Shown: piece by piece, positions 25,935-36,900 of the stretch
Position numbering within the stretch: the stretch's first letter is position 1
Layout: every line of letters starts with the position of its first letter
NCBI GenBank assembly: GCA_965655095.1
Contig: OZ296649.1
Span: forward strand, 61,256,001 to 61,320,000
DNA from: Haplodiscus bocki
Lineage: Eukaryota
Length of the DNA stretch: 64,000 nucleotides
Direction: 5' to 3'
Notes under the pieces: model-generated
What the model saw: only the letters and a program-made list of their open reading frames with translations
Databases searched by the model: none
Told to the model about the DNA's origin: nothing
Translations under genes and position numbers: made by a program

Positions 25935-26320
25935 ATCTACACAAATTTTCCAATTTACAAACCTTCGCCAATATGGTAAATTTTTATCATCTGGGCTAGT
26001 AGACAAAGCAGCTGTAGCATTTCTGGGTACTGTTGCAGTACCAATTTTTGCGCCATTTTTTAATGCTTTTCCAGGTTTTTTATGACATTTTGTGCTGGGA
26101 TTTCACCTGCTTTGTCAGAACTTTTCTTCAAGTTTTTAAATAGTCTGCCTGATACTTCAGCTTGTAAAGAAAATCATTAACAGTCATCTAGTTTTTTCTA
26201 TTACATTGGACACATTGGACACAATTTACGACCTGTTTTAGATATATGAGCTTCAATACTTGGTGTTGCTGAATTATAACGTCCTGCAACGCAATAAGAA
26301 TTAATTTTATACTTTTCATA
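25935..26320 (-). pseudogene. Small basic/amphipathic structural protein gene(s) of Polinton 1
   Basis: Fragments YCVAGRYNSAT...CPM and LQAEVSGRLFKNLKKSSDKAG...NVIKNPGKALKNGAKIGTA...AALST. Confidence 0.45.
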
Positions 26321-28372
26321 GCTCAATTATATTTTAAACGCTTGGATCACTGCTGGTTTTTTTTGCCATGTGGCTAGCTTGAATACTTCATGTTTAAGGT
26401 TATTCATGAAATTTATGAATACTTAAACGTTGAAAATCAGTATCTACAGAAGTTTTAATTGTTTTATTAGAAGCGAATAAAATTCTAATTGATAAGGTAA
26501 CTCAACAAAGATGATTGTTCTCAATCGCATGTCTTTCGATGAAATTCCAAATGTTCAAGAGTACGGCTACAAAAACGATTGTAATCTCTCCGATGAATAC
26601 CGGTGAGTTTCTGAACGATGCTATACAAGAGCAAAGATGGTCTTTATCAGTCGGATGATAACCGATGAAATTTCAACTAGTATATTCTTTGTAGTAATGC
26701 GTTCAGTGTCTTTTTTTAATGGGATGCAAACAAATAGACTACGGATTTCGTGTTAAGTGCGTTACTAACCCTTACATTAATTTTTGTTTCCAATCTTCAA
26801 TACTTTAATGAAGTTTGTGAAAGTGGGTATTTGATCGGTTGGAAACCGATGCAGTTACATATGTCTGTTAGTCCATTTTCTTTGTGTCAATATTAGTATG
26901 TGTATTCTTTCCTTAAACGAGAGTTGGTGTTCTTTTCTGGAGATTGTACTAATAAGTGAAAACATCGAACGGGTTTTCGGAGGAAAATGCATTTCCGCCC
27001 ATTTGGGTCTTTGAATATTTTTAGTTAGCGGACCACTACAAAAGGCACTTGTAGTGGTTCTTGGTGTTTTGATCCGAGCTTACTGGTATCTTTCAGTGTT
27101 TTAGTATGTGTATAATTTCACGTTTGAGCTACCATCAGAATACGCTATTTTCATAATTGGTTTTTTGAGCTTTTTGGTGTTCTGTGGATGAATATGCTTG
27201 CTATTTTAAGCTTGTTAAATGTTTGCATTACATAATGCGTTTGGTTTTTGATATATAATACATAGTCTCGTTCATATCAGGGGAAGAAAAATAATAGGAA
27301 ATAGGTGCATTTATACCTTTATCCGATTTGTGACTCAGAACTTGCAGTAAGATCTTGGTACTTTCTTTAACAGCTTTATACATATTTAACCTAAAGGATA
27401 TGAAGATGTTTTACATTTTCCTCTTGCGGGCATGATAACTGGCATTACACTGATTCCAGTGGATTGGCAAGAATTAGATAGTACAGTAAGACAAGGAGAC
27501 CAAACGATGCAATGAATAAGAGCCGTACTGTAAGGTTGTCTAACAGGAGCTTCAAAGCCCGCAAAATGAGATAAAGTGGAGATAGAAAAGCGACAGCTAG
27601 TCTGAGGCAAGAATGGCAAACGCGGTTGATTCATGATTTCTTCAACAGTTCAAGTGTTTTTGAAATGGTCCATGATCGCTATTGTTGATGAATGACCCCT
27701 TTTGGGTTTTATCAAGCTGCGGATTAATAATTCACCTGTTGTGGGTACAGAACTGTGATTTCTTTGCTACGCTTTGCATATATGCGAGTGCATTCAATAG
27801 CTTATTGGTGATTTGGTTCAAACAGAATATGTAGTTTCTTGAGCTGACAGTCGTCGTATTGGGTGCATCTTTTCCTTTCTTAATTGAACCTGTTTTTCCA
27901 ACGTTAGGATCTCCCTCAGCCCGTCCTCCTGAAAAAAATCTTTTCCGTGGTTTGAAATCGACATCGACGTATCTAGATAGAAGAAATTGGAGGAACAATA
28001 ACGATGACAAAAAAGCGCTGGAAGTCTCGGTAGCCACAGCTTGAAAATTAAGGCAGGTTTCTCGACCAAAAGCAAATCGTTTGCAGTTGTTTTTCATCAC
28101 TTAGCTAGTCTTGAGGAGCAAAGTCTTCCGTATTTTTTTGTGGCTTTCATAACTGAACTTTGATGACAAAAAAATACTCAAGCATGGTTAACTCATCATA
28201 ATATGACTGATTTTTGCGAAGACGTTTGAATTTTTCGTGGGCTATCCAAATCACTTCCAACTTTTTCAAGATTGGTATTTTCAGAACTATTATTTCCGCG
28301 TCTCCGGCAAAGAGAATCAAATGGGAAGTATTGAAAGCGGAGCAGAATTTCTTCCCAAAATTCCTTAAAGCA

Positions 28373-28417
28373 GAAGAAGAAGAAGAAGAAGAAGAAGAAG
28401 AAGAAGAAGAAGAAGAA
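28373..28417 (+). repeat. (GAA)15 microsatellite
   Basis: Perfect trinucleotide run. Confidence 0.97.
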
Positions 28418-28504
28418 ATTGAAGAATATTTAATTGTTCAATTTCAGCAATGCATAGAAAAAACCAAGCGCCTTGAGCCAAGGAAGAACCTTAGCAAAAT
28501 TACT

Positions 28505-29052
28505 TAAAACAAAGCAACAGTGCACTGAAAATGAAATGTTTATTATTTTCCGGCCATATTTAAATATGGAACGAAAGAAATCCACTTGCCGTGCCGTGTG
28601 CTTTTTTGAACGTTTTCTTGTCAATTGCACTTCGCAAAATTGCACAATTCTGAATTTGGAAATTTTTCATCACCAAATTATAACCAATTTGCCCTAGAAT
28701 GCAAATGAAATAGTAAGACTTCTTAAATACGTACAAAATTTGGGTTTTCCTTAAAAAAGGTGGGTTTTTTGAAAAATTCATTTTTTTCAAAATTTGGAAG
28801 AAGGTAGAAAATTCGCTGTAAAATGCGTATAAGATGGAAAGATGGTATTGTTTCTTAAAAATGTCTTTTTCCAACAAAATTCACGTTTTCTTTTTGCAAA
28901 AAATAGAAAAATTTAAAAATAGGAAAATTTAGCAAATTTTCTGAAGAAAATGTTTTTTTTTTCGAAAAAAAAAGCAGAACTTCATTTTAGAAGGCATCTT
29001 TAACAAAGTTGGAAGACGGAAAATATGCCAGTGGTGGCGGGCCGTCTTGTTT
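28505..29052 (+). repeat. Second copy of the dispersed repeat at 16080-16540
   Basis: Alignable blocks and shared 3' end gtggtggcgggccgtcttgt. Confidence 0.7.
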
Positions 29053-29373
29053 TTCATAAAGTTGACTGCCAGGTAATGGAAAGGTTATTGAATAATTTCA
29101 CCATAAACACTATAAATGTTTCACTGGATAAACTCCGAAAGCAAAGGGATGGAAAATTTCTAGGGTTCCAATCTTGAATCTAGGATCTTTGCGCTTATGT
29201 TTTATTTTGAAATCCAATGATTAAAATGAGCTTAGAATAGCCATCAGTCACACACTTGTTTCACAGTGCAAATAATGACAGGAAAAATAATTCTAGAAGC
29301 AGATGGATATAGTCATGAAGGATATAGTCGAGACAACTGTCAAAATAATTCTGCATCCTTTTCTTTTTTTTAG

Positions 29374-29597
29374 GTCTCGCACTTCGTGGCGACTTTAATA
29401 AACCCAACCCCCATCCAACCGATATGACTTTGCCCAACATGGGGGTGTGCCCAGCTAAGAATACCTCTTATGTGTGTTGTTCGACGGAAAACTTTCACCC
29501 TGGAGAGGCGTGGTTTAGCTGTGTAATCTTTCTCGTTGTACTTAGTGTTGCTTTTGGGATGAAATGTTTCAGACACAGCTGTTACTTGCCCTTGCGG
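29374..29597 (+). CDS. SLC4 family transporter, exon (rest of loop 3, TM6)
   Basis: ttttttag acceptor, gtaagt donor; 2 nt + 74 codons ending FHPGEAWFSCVIFLVVLSVAFGMKCFRHSCYLPLR, matching AE1 [33 protein letters not shown]. Confidence 0.9.
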
Positions 29598-30726
29598 GTA
29601 AGTGTTTTTCCACTATGATCAACTAAAGTAAACAGTGAGGTTTCAAAATGCGCATACAAAAAAATAATTCCAGTACGCTAAAAACGCACATACCGCCGAT
29701 GGGATGTCACCGACATGCTGTATGCACCGATTTTAGTGCTCCCGCTGAACTCAACTTTTTTGACGCAAAACAATTATTTTTGTTGACAAACAGATAAACT
29801 GACACGTCAGATAATAAAACAAATGCATGACCGTTTTAAGTAAAAGAGCTTTTGACCTCAAAAAACTAAGTTCTTCCGTCGGCTCCCTATAGCTTACTGT
29901 TTTTTTTTTGCAAAAAAAATCTTCATTTTTCGAAACTAAGGTGTTTGTTTCGGTTTTCGAAAAGAAAACATTGACTAGTTTTGTTAGTTTTCCTAAGTGA
30001 AATTAGTAAAGTCATCAGTAAAGCCTTCAAAATTTTCTTGATCAAATAAAATTTTGCTTTTTCTGCTTTTTTTTCAACTACTTCTTTTAAAATTTGTACC
30101 ACAAAATACCACACCTAGCCTGAGCCTGAATTAAGTAACATTTCGTCCTGAGTTTTCCCCAAAAATATCCCTCCAAAGGTATTCAAAATAGGAAGAAATT
30201 ACGCTGACATTTTTGTCAAAATTCACCATCTTCACCTCACAATTTTTTCACCCAGATCCCATTTTGAAAATTTTCTGGTGCAAAGTCCTTTCAAAGGAAA
30301 TTACTTTTGCGATGTTATATCGTTTCCGACAGATCTCTCAAGAAAAGTGAGGAAAAAGCAATAGTTGATTTTTTTTGTCGAATTTCAAACGTTATGATTG
30401 TGTAAATTGTAGCGCTCAGAACCGTTTTAAGCTATTACTTCTTTTTTGAAATTTTGATTATTAATGATGTAAAATATTCCAATGATTTCTGCTTTTGCTT
30501 TATATTGGAAGTGACTTTTTGTCAATAAATGTTTATGCCTTTTCTTCGCCGGGGCCTTGCTCGGAATCCTTTTAAATGTTTGCCTTTCAAATGTTTGCCT
30601 TTTAAAAGCCTTTTAAAAATGAAAAAGTGATTTTGAATTGATGTTTGAAAAATGCAGAAAATAACGCTTTGCTGGTTATAGGTTTCGACAAGGAAGCTAA
30701 ACTCTTTGTCACCTTTCTTTGTTTAG

Positions 30727-30819
30727 GCTCGGAGTTTATTGGGAGATTTTGGACTGACATTGGCCCTTCTTATAGGAACTTCGTTATCCTGGATATTCCG
30801 AGAATCCGTTTATGTAGCT
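30727..30819 (+). CDS. SLC4 family transporter, exon (TM7)
   Basis: tttgtttag acceptor, gtaagt donor; 31 codons ARSLLGDFGLTLALLIGTSLSWIFRESVYVA matching AE1 [28 protein letters not shown]. Confidence 0.93.
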
Positions 30820-30964
30820 GTAAGTTAAATTTCAAGTGAACATTTTCCCCTATTTTTAAACATGCGCTTCAACAAGTACAGTAGCAAGTTACTTCCTTCA
30901 TTCTCTACTTGAATTACTGGACACTCATTTGTTTATTTTCTCTTACTAACGAACACTCAGAAAG

Positions 30965-31038
30965 TTCCAGCCCAAAATACTCACATCCAAAACACCCGAG
31001 TCCACAATACCCACAGCCAAAATACCCACGAGTGAATC
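30965..31038. repeat. Short tandem repeats (AAAATACCCAC-like, ~15 bp), probably subterminal repeats of a DNA transposon end
   Basis: ccaaaatactcac, ccaaaacacccga, ccacaatacccac, ccaaaatacccac. Confidence 0.55.
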
Positions 31039-31242
31039 AACCACACTAAAAGAATTAAAAGCAATGCGTAATTACTTAAGTGATGCCGTAATTATGATTC
31101 CAAATAATATTTTTTTTCCGTCATAATAAATTAGAAAAAGACAATCATTCCCTCAGTTTGTAGATTTTTTCACTGTTCCTTTGTCCATTTTGGCTATGTC
31201 AATATATGAACTGCGTCAACTCAACTGAAATCTAACCTGGAT

Positions 31243-31322
31243 TCCAAAGAGTAGTGGTTAACTTAAAGACTCGACACTGATGTCAGACAACGACGATAAC
31301 GGTTCGATCCCCCTTAGGACTC
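31243..31322 (+). repeat. tRNA-derived (SINE-head-like) relic
   Basis: GTAGTGGTTAA (D-arm/A-box-like) and GGTTCGATCCC (B-box) at tRNA-like spacing; cloverleaf incomplete. Confidence 0.4.
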
Positions 31323-32449
31323 AACTTTTTATTAGTACTGCGAATTCAAGAACGTCTACCATCAAAAAATAACAAGTTTGGAAATACCTGGAAGTTTTAT
31401 TTTATGCTTTTGAAAGTTTTTTTCTGGTTTTTTTCCCGAAACACTTCTCCAAATTGAAAAATTTTCGGCAAAAATTAACAGTTTGACTTGAGCTCTAAAA
31501 AGTTCCAAAATTTTCCGAAAAAACCGAGTTTTTTAATCAATAACTTTATAATTAACAAATTGTTTTTGATTATAATAATCGAACAACAAAATGTTGGAAA
31601 AAATATTTGACGAAAACTTGAATGCAATTAAGAACTGTAACGTGGTCTTTTGTCAGCTGGAATATTTTTATGCGTAATCCTTACTAATTTTGGTCCAAAA
31701 ACGTCGACGAAACAGTATTGACTTTTCTTGTTGCACAAACCTTTCCCGCGAAACTACCCGCAGGATTTCTACTACCAATGTCTCGATCGACATTTTCTAA
31801 TCTCCATGAGGGTAATCAACACTTAACACTCGGATTCTATTCATTTCATCGGAAGGCTGATGGACTGAAGACGACAATAACTGTAATTAAGTCAAACAAC
31901 TACCTTCTTTTTTCAAATTCTTACTATCTCAAACACAACTGGCTGGATATCTCTATGCTGGCCTCGATCGACAGTTTTTTGTTTGTGCAAAAGCAATCAA
32001 CTCCAGGAAGTTTAGTTTTGATCTTGCATTAGAATGCTGATAGGTTGAACACGGCGCAAAATTCCTTTAGTACTACCTTTTCTCGGCTTCCAAACTCAAT
32101 GCTCACCAAAACCATTGGTTTGACTGATTCTATCAATGTCGTAGCCGACAGTTTCAAACTTGTTGACAGTGAGTCAAACTTTCAAATCTGGATTTTTTTC
32201 ATTGTAATTGAATTCTCGGAGACCAAAAACTTCGAGAAAGTTCGATTGAAAAGTATTCTTCCTGACCTTTCCTCTGCAACAACGGGCTTGACTTGTTCTT
32301 CGAAGATCTCAAAGAAAAGTTTGCTATTTGTTTTCAACACAAAAATTTTAGGTTCTGATCATTTGAATGAAGCCCTGCGTTGCCCAAAAACCAAGAGTTG
32401 CTATCGGCACTGTTTTCGTTTGATTTTAAATTAAAACTTTGTCCAAAAA

Positions 32450-33130
32450 AATTCTGTTGGTTTCTTCCGGCAATGTTTTAACCGACTGTTTCAGCTAGTA
32501 AAATGTCATTCAGTACACAAATTTTGGATTTCGCTCATTGCATTGGATTATTAAGCGACCAAAAAGCCATAAAAATCATTTAAGTTTTGTTTTTCTCCAT
32601 CCTGTAATTCATGTTCTTCCGAGACTAGCGGCATGTTTTTTCTTCCAAGGCGTTTGTTGTTAGTTAGACGTTGTACACTTGTAGAAGAGCAAACAACCCA
32701 AGAAATGTCCATTGAAACCCTGTTATGTTGAAAAAGCCAAAGTAACTGCCATCAACCTCGGCATTCATACGTTTGCAAATTGAAACTTCTCCAAAACTAA
32801 TGGCCGTGTTTTTTCCACCGTCACATTATTGAAGCAGTTCTCAGTTTCCAAAGCGCAGCCGGCGATAAAATCCGGAGGTTGGTTCATAGCATGGGAATTC
32901 TCAGGGAGTGAAGAAGTTGAAAGTTGCAATGTGTTGCTGTTTCGACCTTGACATTTCATTTTGTCCACAACCACTGCCTTGATTTCTTCTACCGATGTTT
33001 GGACAGTTGTCATCTTGCAGAAAGGCGTTCAAGACTAAGTATTTGGACTTCTTTCATTACATCGAGTTTTTGAGAGACAAAGCTATCAGAAATACCGCTG
33101 GCGTCGACATTTTGCGTCCTTCAAACTGGA
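32450..33130 (-). pseudogene. Possible packaging ATPase relic of element 2
   Basis: ENCFNNVTVEK resembles ENCLLVFDDSCEE (Walker B); downstream FQHN and LGR fragments. Confidence 0.3.
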
Positions 33131-36100
33131 ATTGATCCTTTTCTCCTGACTGATGTCTTCCAGCAAACTTTTAGTTGACAATTTTCACGTTCCAGAGGTA
33201 CACCAATCATTTTTAGAGTCGGTTTTGTTCGTTCAGTCGATTTTTCATGGACCCATATACTCAATTTTTGCAGTCTCTTTTGATTTGCTCAAACTCAACA
33301 TCCTCAGAAACTACTAGTGGGTTTTTTCCGTCCAAATCCGATCCATCAGTTCGTAATTTGATGGAAATTTGTACAAAGATACTCTACGGTTTATTTTGGC
33401 GTTGAAAACATGTTAGGCCAAAACTCCAAAGGTGTGAAAACTAATGATAATCGCTGGTTTTAATTTTCAGTTTGTTACATAACTACTGGCTTGATTTCTT
33501 CAATCATTGCGTCAATCGACAGTTTTTTAATAATCAAGGTGTATTCTTCCCCAAAATCTTTAAAATTTTCAACTGCATCGGGATTTTGATAAACTTGGGA
33601 GCCCTAAAATGTCCATAGTAACATTTCTGTTGATATTACGACTCAATTTTCTTGAAAAGAAAACGTCTTCACTTCATGTATCAAGGATCAATTGCCTGCA
33701 TTCCACTTCTCAAGTCTTTGGAAGCTATTATTTTGCGTTTGTTTTTTTACCCAGAACAGAAATTTGCTAAAGAAAAAATTGCAACCTCAAACAATTCTTC
33801 GCAAAATCAGCATTTTTCTCCACAGAACTTTTCGCTGTCTCTGCATTGAGGTGTCTTTCGACAGTTCTGTCACGTATAAAGTCAAATGGTAAAGTTGATT
33901 TTCGGTTTTGTTCCTTGCGTGGGAACATTGATAAGCCGAAAAATCCAAAAGCCGCTGCTTTTTGGAGAACTGAGTTTGGACAAAAATTTTGTGATGTCTT
34001 TTTGATCGTTCAGTTCTTTGACCATGTCGATGGAAAATTTTCAGCGCCTCTCATTATTCCTTGCAATGACACCTTGCACAGAATCACTACCACGTCTGCC
34101 CTTTACTGTGCAGAACTCTTTTTTGTGGAATTTCAAAGTTCCAAAAGCCCGGGAACTTTCAGTTAATTTTTTTGGGGAAAAGAATATTTGGATCATCTAT
34201 CCAGAAAAACACATACAAATGTGATTGAGACAATCAAAGCTCCAACTCGGTGCTGTATCCTAATTTATTGCAAAAAATAGGTTTTAAAATAGCATGTGGC
34301 AAATTTTATGGTGGCCACTTAATGGTTTTCGAAAATACCAAGTTTATTTTAAAGGAAATTGAAACTCTAAAATTTAAATGTTTAGATGGCAGCAAAAAAA
34401 CTGACAATTGAGAATTAGTAGCTCCAAAAAATCCAAAACTAAAATGTCAGAATATTGTTTTTGTAAAAAATTCTGACAAGAATTATGGAATTTTGGAAAT
34501 GGTAGGTTTCAATTTTTTTCAGCAAAAAATATTTGAAACCGTGTTTGAAAAAATCGACACTGTATGAGAAAAACTTGTCAGCACCCAATTTTTTGTGCTC
34601 CATTTGTTTTTTCTCCGGGTAATTTTAAGTATTTTTACCGGTGTAATTCTGATCTGAAACCAATATCTTGAAACATCAGAAAAACCAGATATTAGGAACG
34701 TCCTGAAGCTTTAGCGTTAATATGCTGTGATCAATTTAATTAGAATGACCATTTCAATCCTGCGTGATTTGGGATTTTCGGTATTTCGCGTATCGTTACT
34801 TTGAGCGTGACTAAATCAGGTTCAGGTATTTTATCATGCCACCGCCTCAGAGAAGTATCTGGGTCTCGGCCCCCACCTCCTTCGAAGATATTTTGGCCAG
34901 AAAAGCAAAAACGTTGCCTGAATAAGAACAACAAAATGTTTAGTCATTATGCTAACGCAAGGAAAAATGATATAGCTCATCTTGGAATCATGAGTAAGAC
35001 GGAATCATTTGAGTTAGCTTTGAGATCGGAGATAATTGAGACAACTCGGAGATCGGCCAAAACGGCACTGGTCGTTAGGCTCAAAAGACTCGAAGAAAAG
35101 TTTCTCTGCTGCTTTGAAAACGACGGAGATATCAGAGAAAAGTTTTGGCAGAGAGTTTCATTTTTTTGGGAAAGATACGTTGGAGAAACTGAAAAGTTTT
35201 GGTAAATGGGTCCTTAAAATACTGTGCACCGGGGCATGAGATAATTTTTCAATGTTACGAAGAAGTGAATCACGAAATTTTGGCACCTGTTTCATGGAAA
35301 TCCCAGGAGGTGTTTTGATGGTTTTACTGAACGTATACCGTTCGCTGCCTGTAGTAGTGAGTTCTTAGTTACATGTAGTAAAACAATGGTGTGCAGTCTG
35401 TCATCGTTGAAAAGTACCATTGCCTTCGGACAGTTGCTTTATGGCAAAAGTAGACAGTTTCCCGAATATGCCAAAATTTTCGCAATATGCTTTCAATGTG
35501 AAATTCATAGCTGCTTTCGCAAACTAATACAAGATAAAACCACAAAAAAAACACTAAAAACTTTTGGAAATCACTCACAGTTGTTTTTTTAGGAAACATA
35601 AATGGCGTTATTGATGCTATATAGTAGTCCAGAAAAAACTAATATGGCAACTTTTCCTGGAGTAAACGCAAAACTGCTTTCCAACTCGATTTTCTAGCCC
35701 CAAGGCTAAAGTTTTACGTTGCGAAAGCATATACATAGTTCACATCAAAAAGAATTTCATCTGTTGTTCAATATTGAGTTTCTTCGGTGATTGAAAACAA
35801 ACGATGAAAAGCAGTTTTTCGATTCTTGCGGAGTTTTTGCTCGTTTGCCTCCTTTTTCAAATTTCTACACAACCGTGAACTAAAAACAAATATGAGAGAA
35901 CAGAGGATCAATATTTTGATTGGAAAATTGACGTTTTCTGGCGTTTTTAGAAGGGAAGAACTGGCAAAAAAATTTCTGTAAGTTTTGCAGTTTTGATTTT
36001 TAATTCAACTTTGGGACTAGGCAATCAACTTCATTTGACAGAGTCTTCAATTTTGAGATTTCCGAATTTCTCGTAGAAATGGTACCCCTGGTGCTCCAGA

Positions 36101-36249
36101 ATTAACCTGGAACTGCTATACTTAGCGTTTTTTCATACCAATCTTCTCCCCAAAACAGGTTTCTCGTACTATTACATCACATAGGGCTAAAAGGCACGTG
36201 CTATTGCTTTCAGCCTGCTCTTTAAGCTTCATGCTTTTAAAGAAATAAT

Positions 36250-36900
36250 TTCTTTAACTGTCGAGCAGATATCTTTGCGCCTGTGTCTCGTATAGTTTTC
36301 GAAGATGACCTAAGTATAACAAATGTCATGAAATTTGAGTTTTTCTGGGACATCGTTCAACTTTTAGCAGTCAGAAAAGAACTTTGCAGCTTCTGTCAAA
36401 AGCACTAAAAACACTTTTTTGAGCACAGTACCGAAAAATGAAAAATTTGGGTTTCTTCATGAAAGTAAAACACAGTTTGTATCGTTTCATAAACTTTGCT
36501 ACTCCTCTTGACCTTGTTTTTCGGGATATTCTTGGGCTGTGCAAAAACAATATCTTGAAAACTCAAACGATTTTGTTTTTCCGCTCTGAAGAGCACCGAC
36601 TGGTCTCTGTTATGCACATGCACAAGCAATTTTTACCTCACAGCTTTCGGAAGACTTTTTTTCTGATCCATTCAAAACTAACAAGAGTCTCGAAATCTTG
36701 TTTGACAAAAAGGTGTGATGGGTGCGGAGCTCCCATCTGGAACCTGTTGCACTGAAGTCTGATACCGTACCGGCTTGCTATTTCTGTTCGCGAATTGACA
36801 GTTATATTTCTAGTAAATAATCAGTTAACTGCTTCACATGATTCTGACCTGGTAAACTGCAGTTTATTCGGTTAATGTGCGGTTTTTGTGTAATCATGAT
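36250..36900 (+). pseudogene. Possible minor capsid (penton-like) relic of element 2
   Basis: RDILGL, then DGCGAPIWN and FAN*Q resembling the ILGF...VGD..APLLR...FSNLQ pattern. Confidence 0.3.

Larger units (their letters stand above)
17350..26750. mobile_element. Decayed Polinton / adintovirus-like endogenous DNA virus (element 1)
   Basis: Relics of protein-primed PolB and rve integrase on +, and capsid, packaging ATPase and small structural genes on -. Termini not identified. Confidence 0.85.

Noticed and set aside
28214-28507. Poly-Glu ORF
   Set aside because: Explained by the (GAA)15 microsatellite.
30944-31035. TACTAAC plus CAG followed by KVP..., candidate next SLC4 exon
   Set aside because: Runs into tandem repeats and a stop; lacks the expected GW motif and a donor site.
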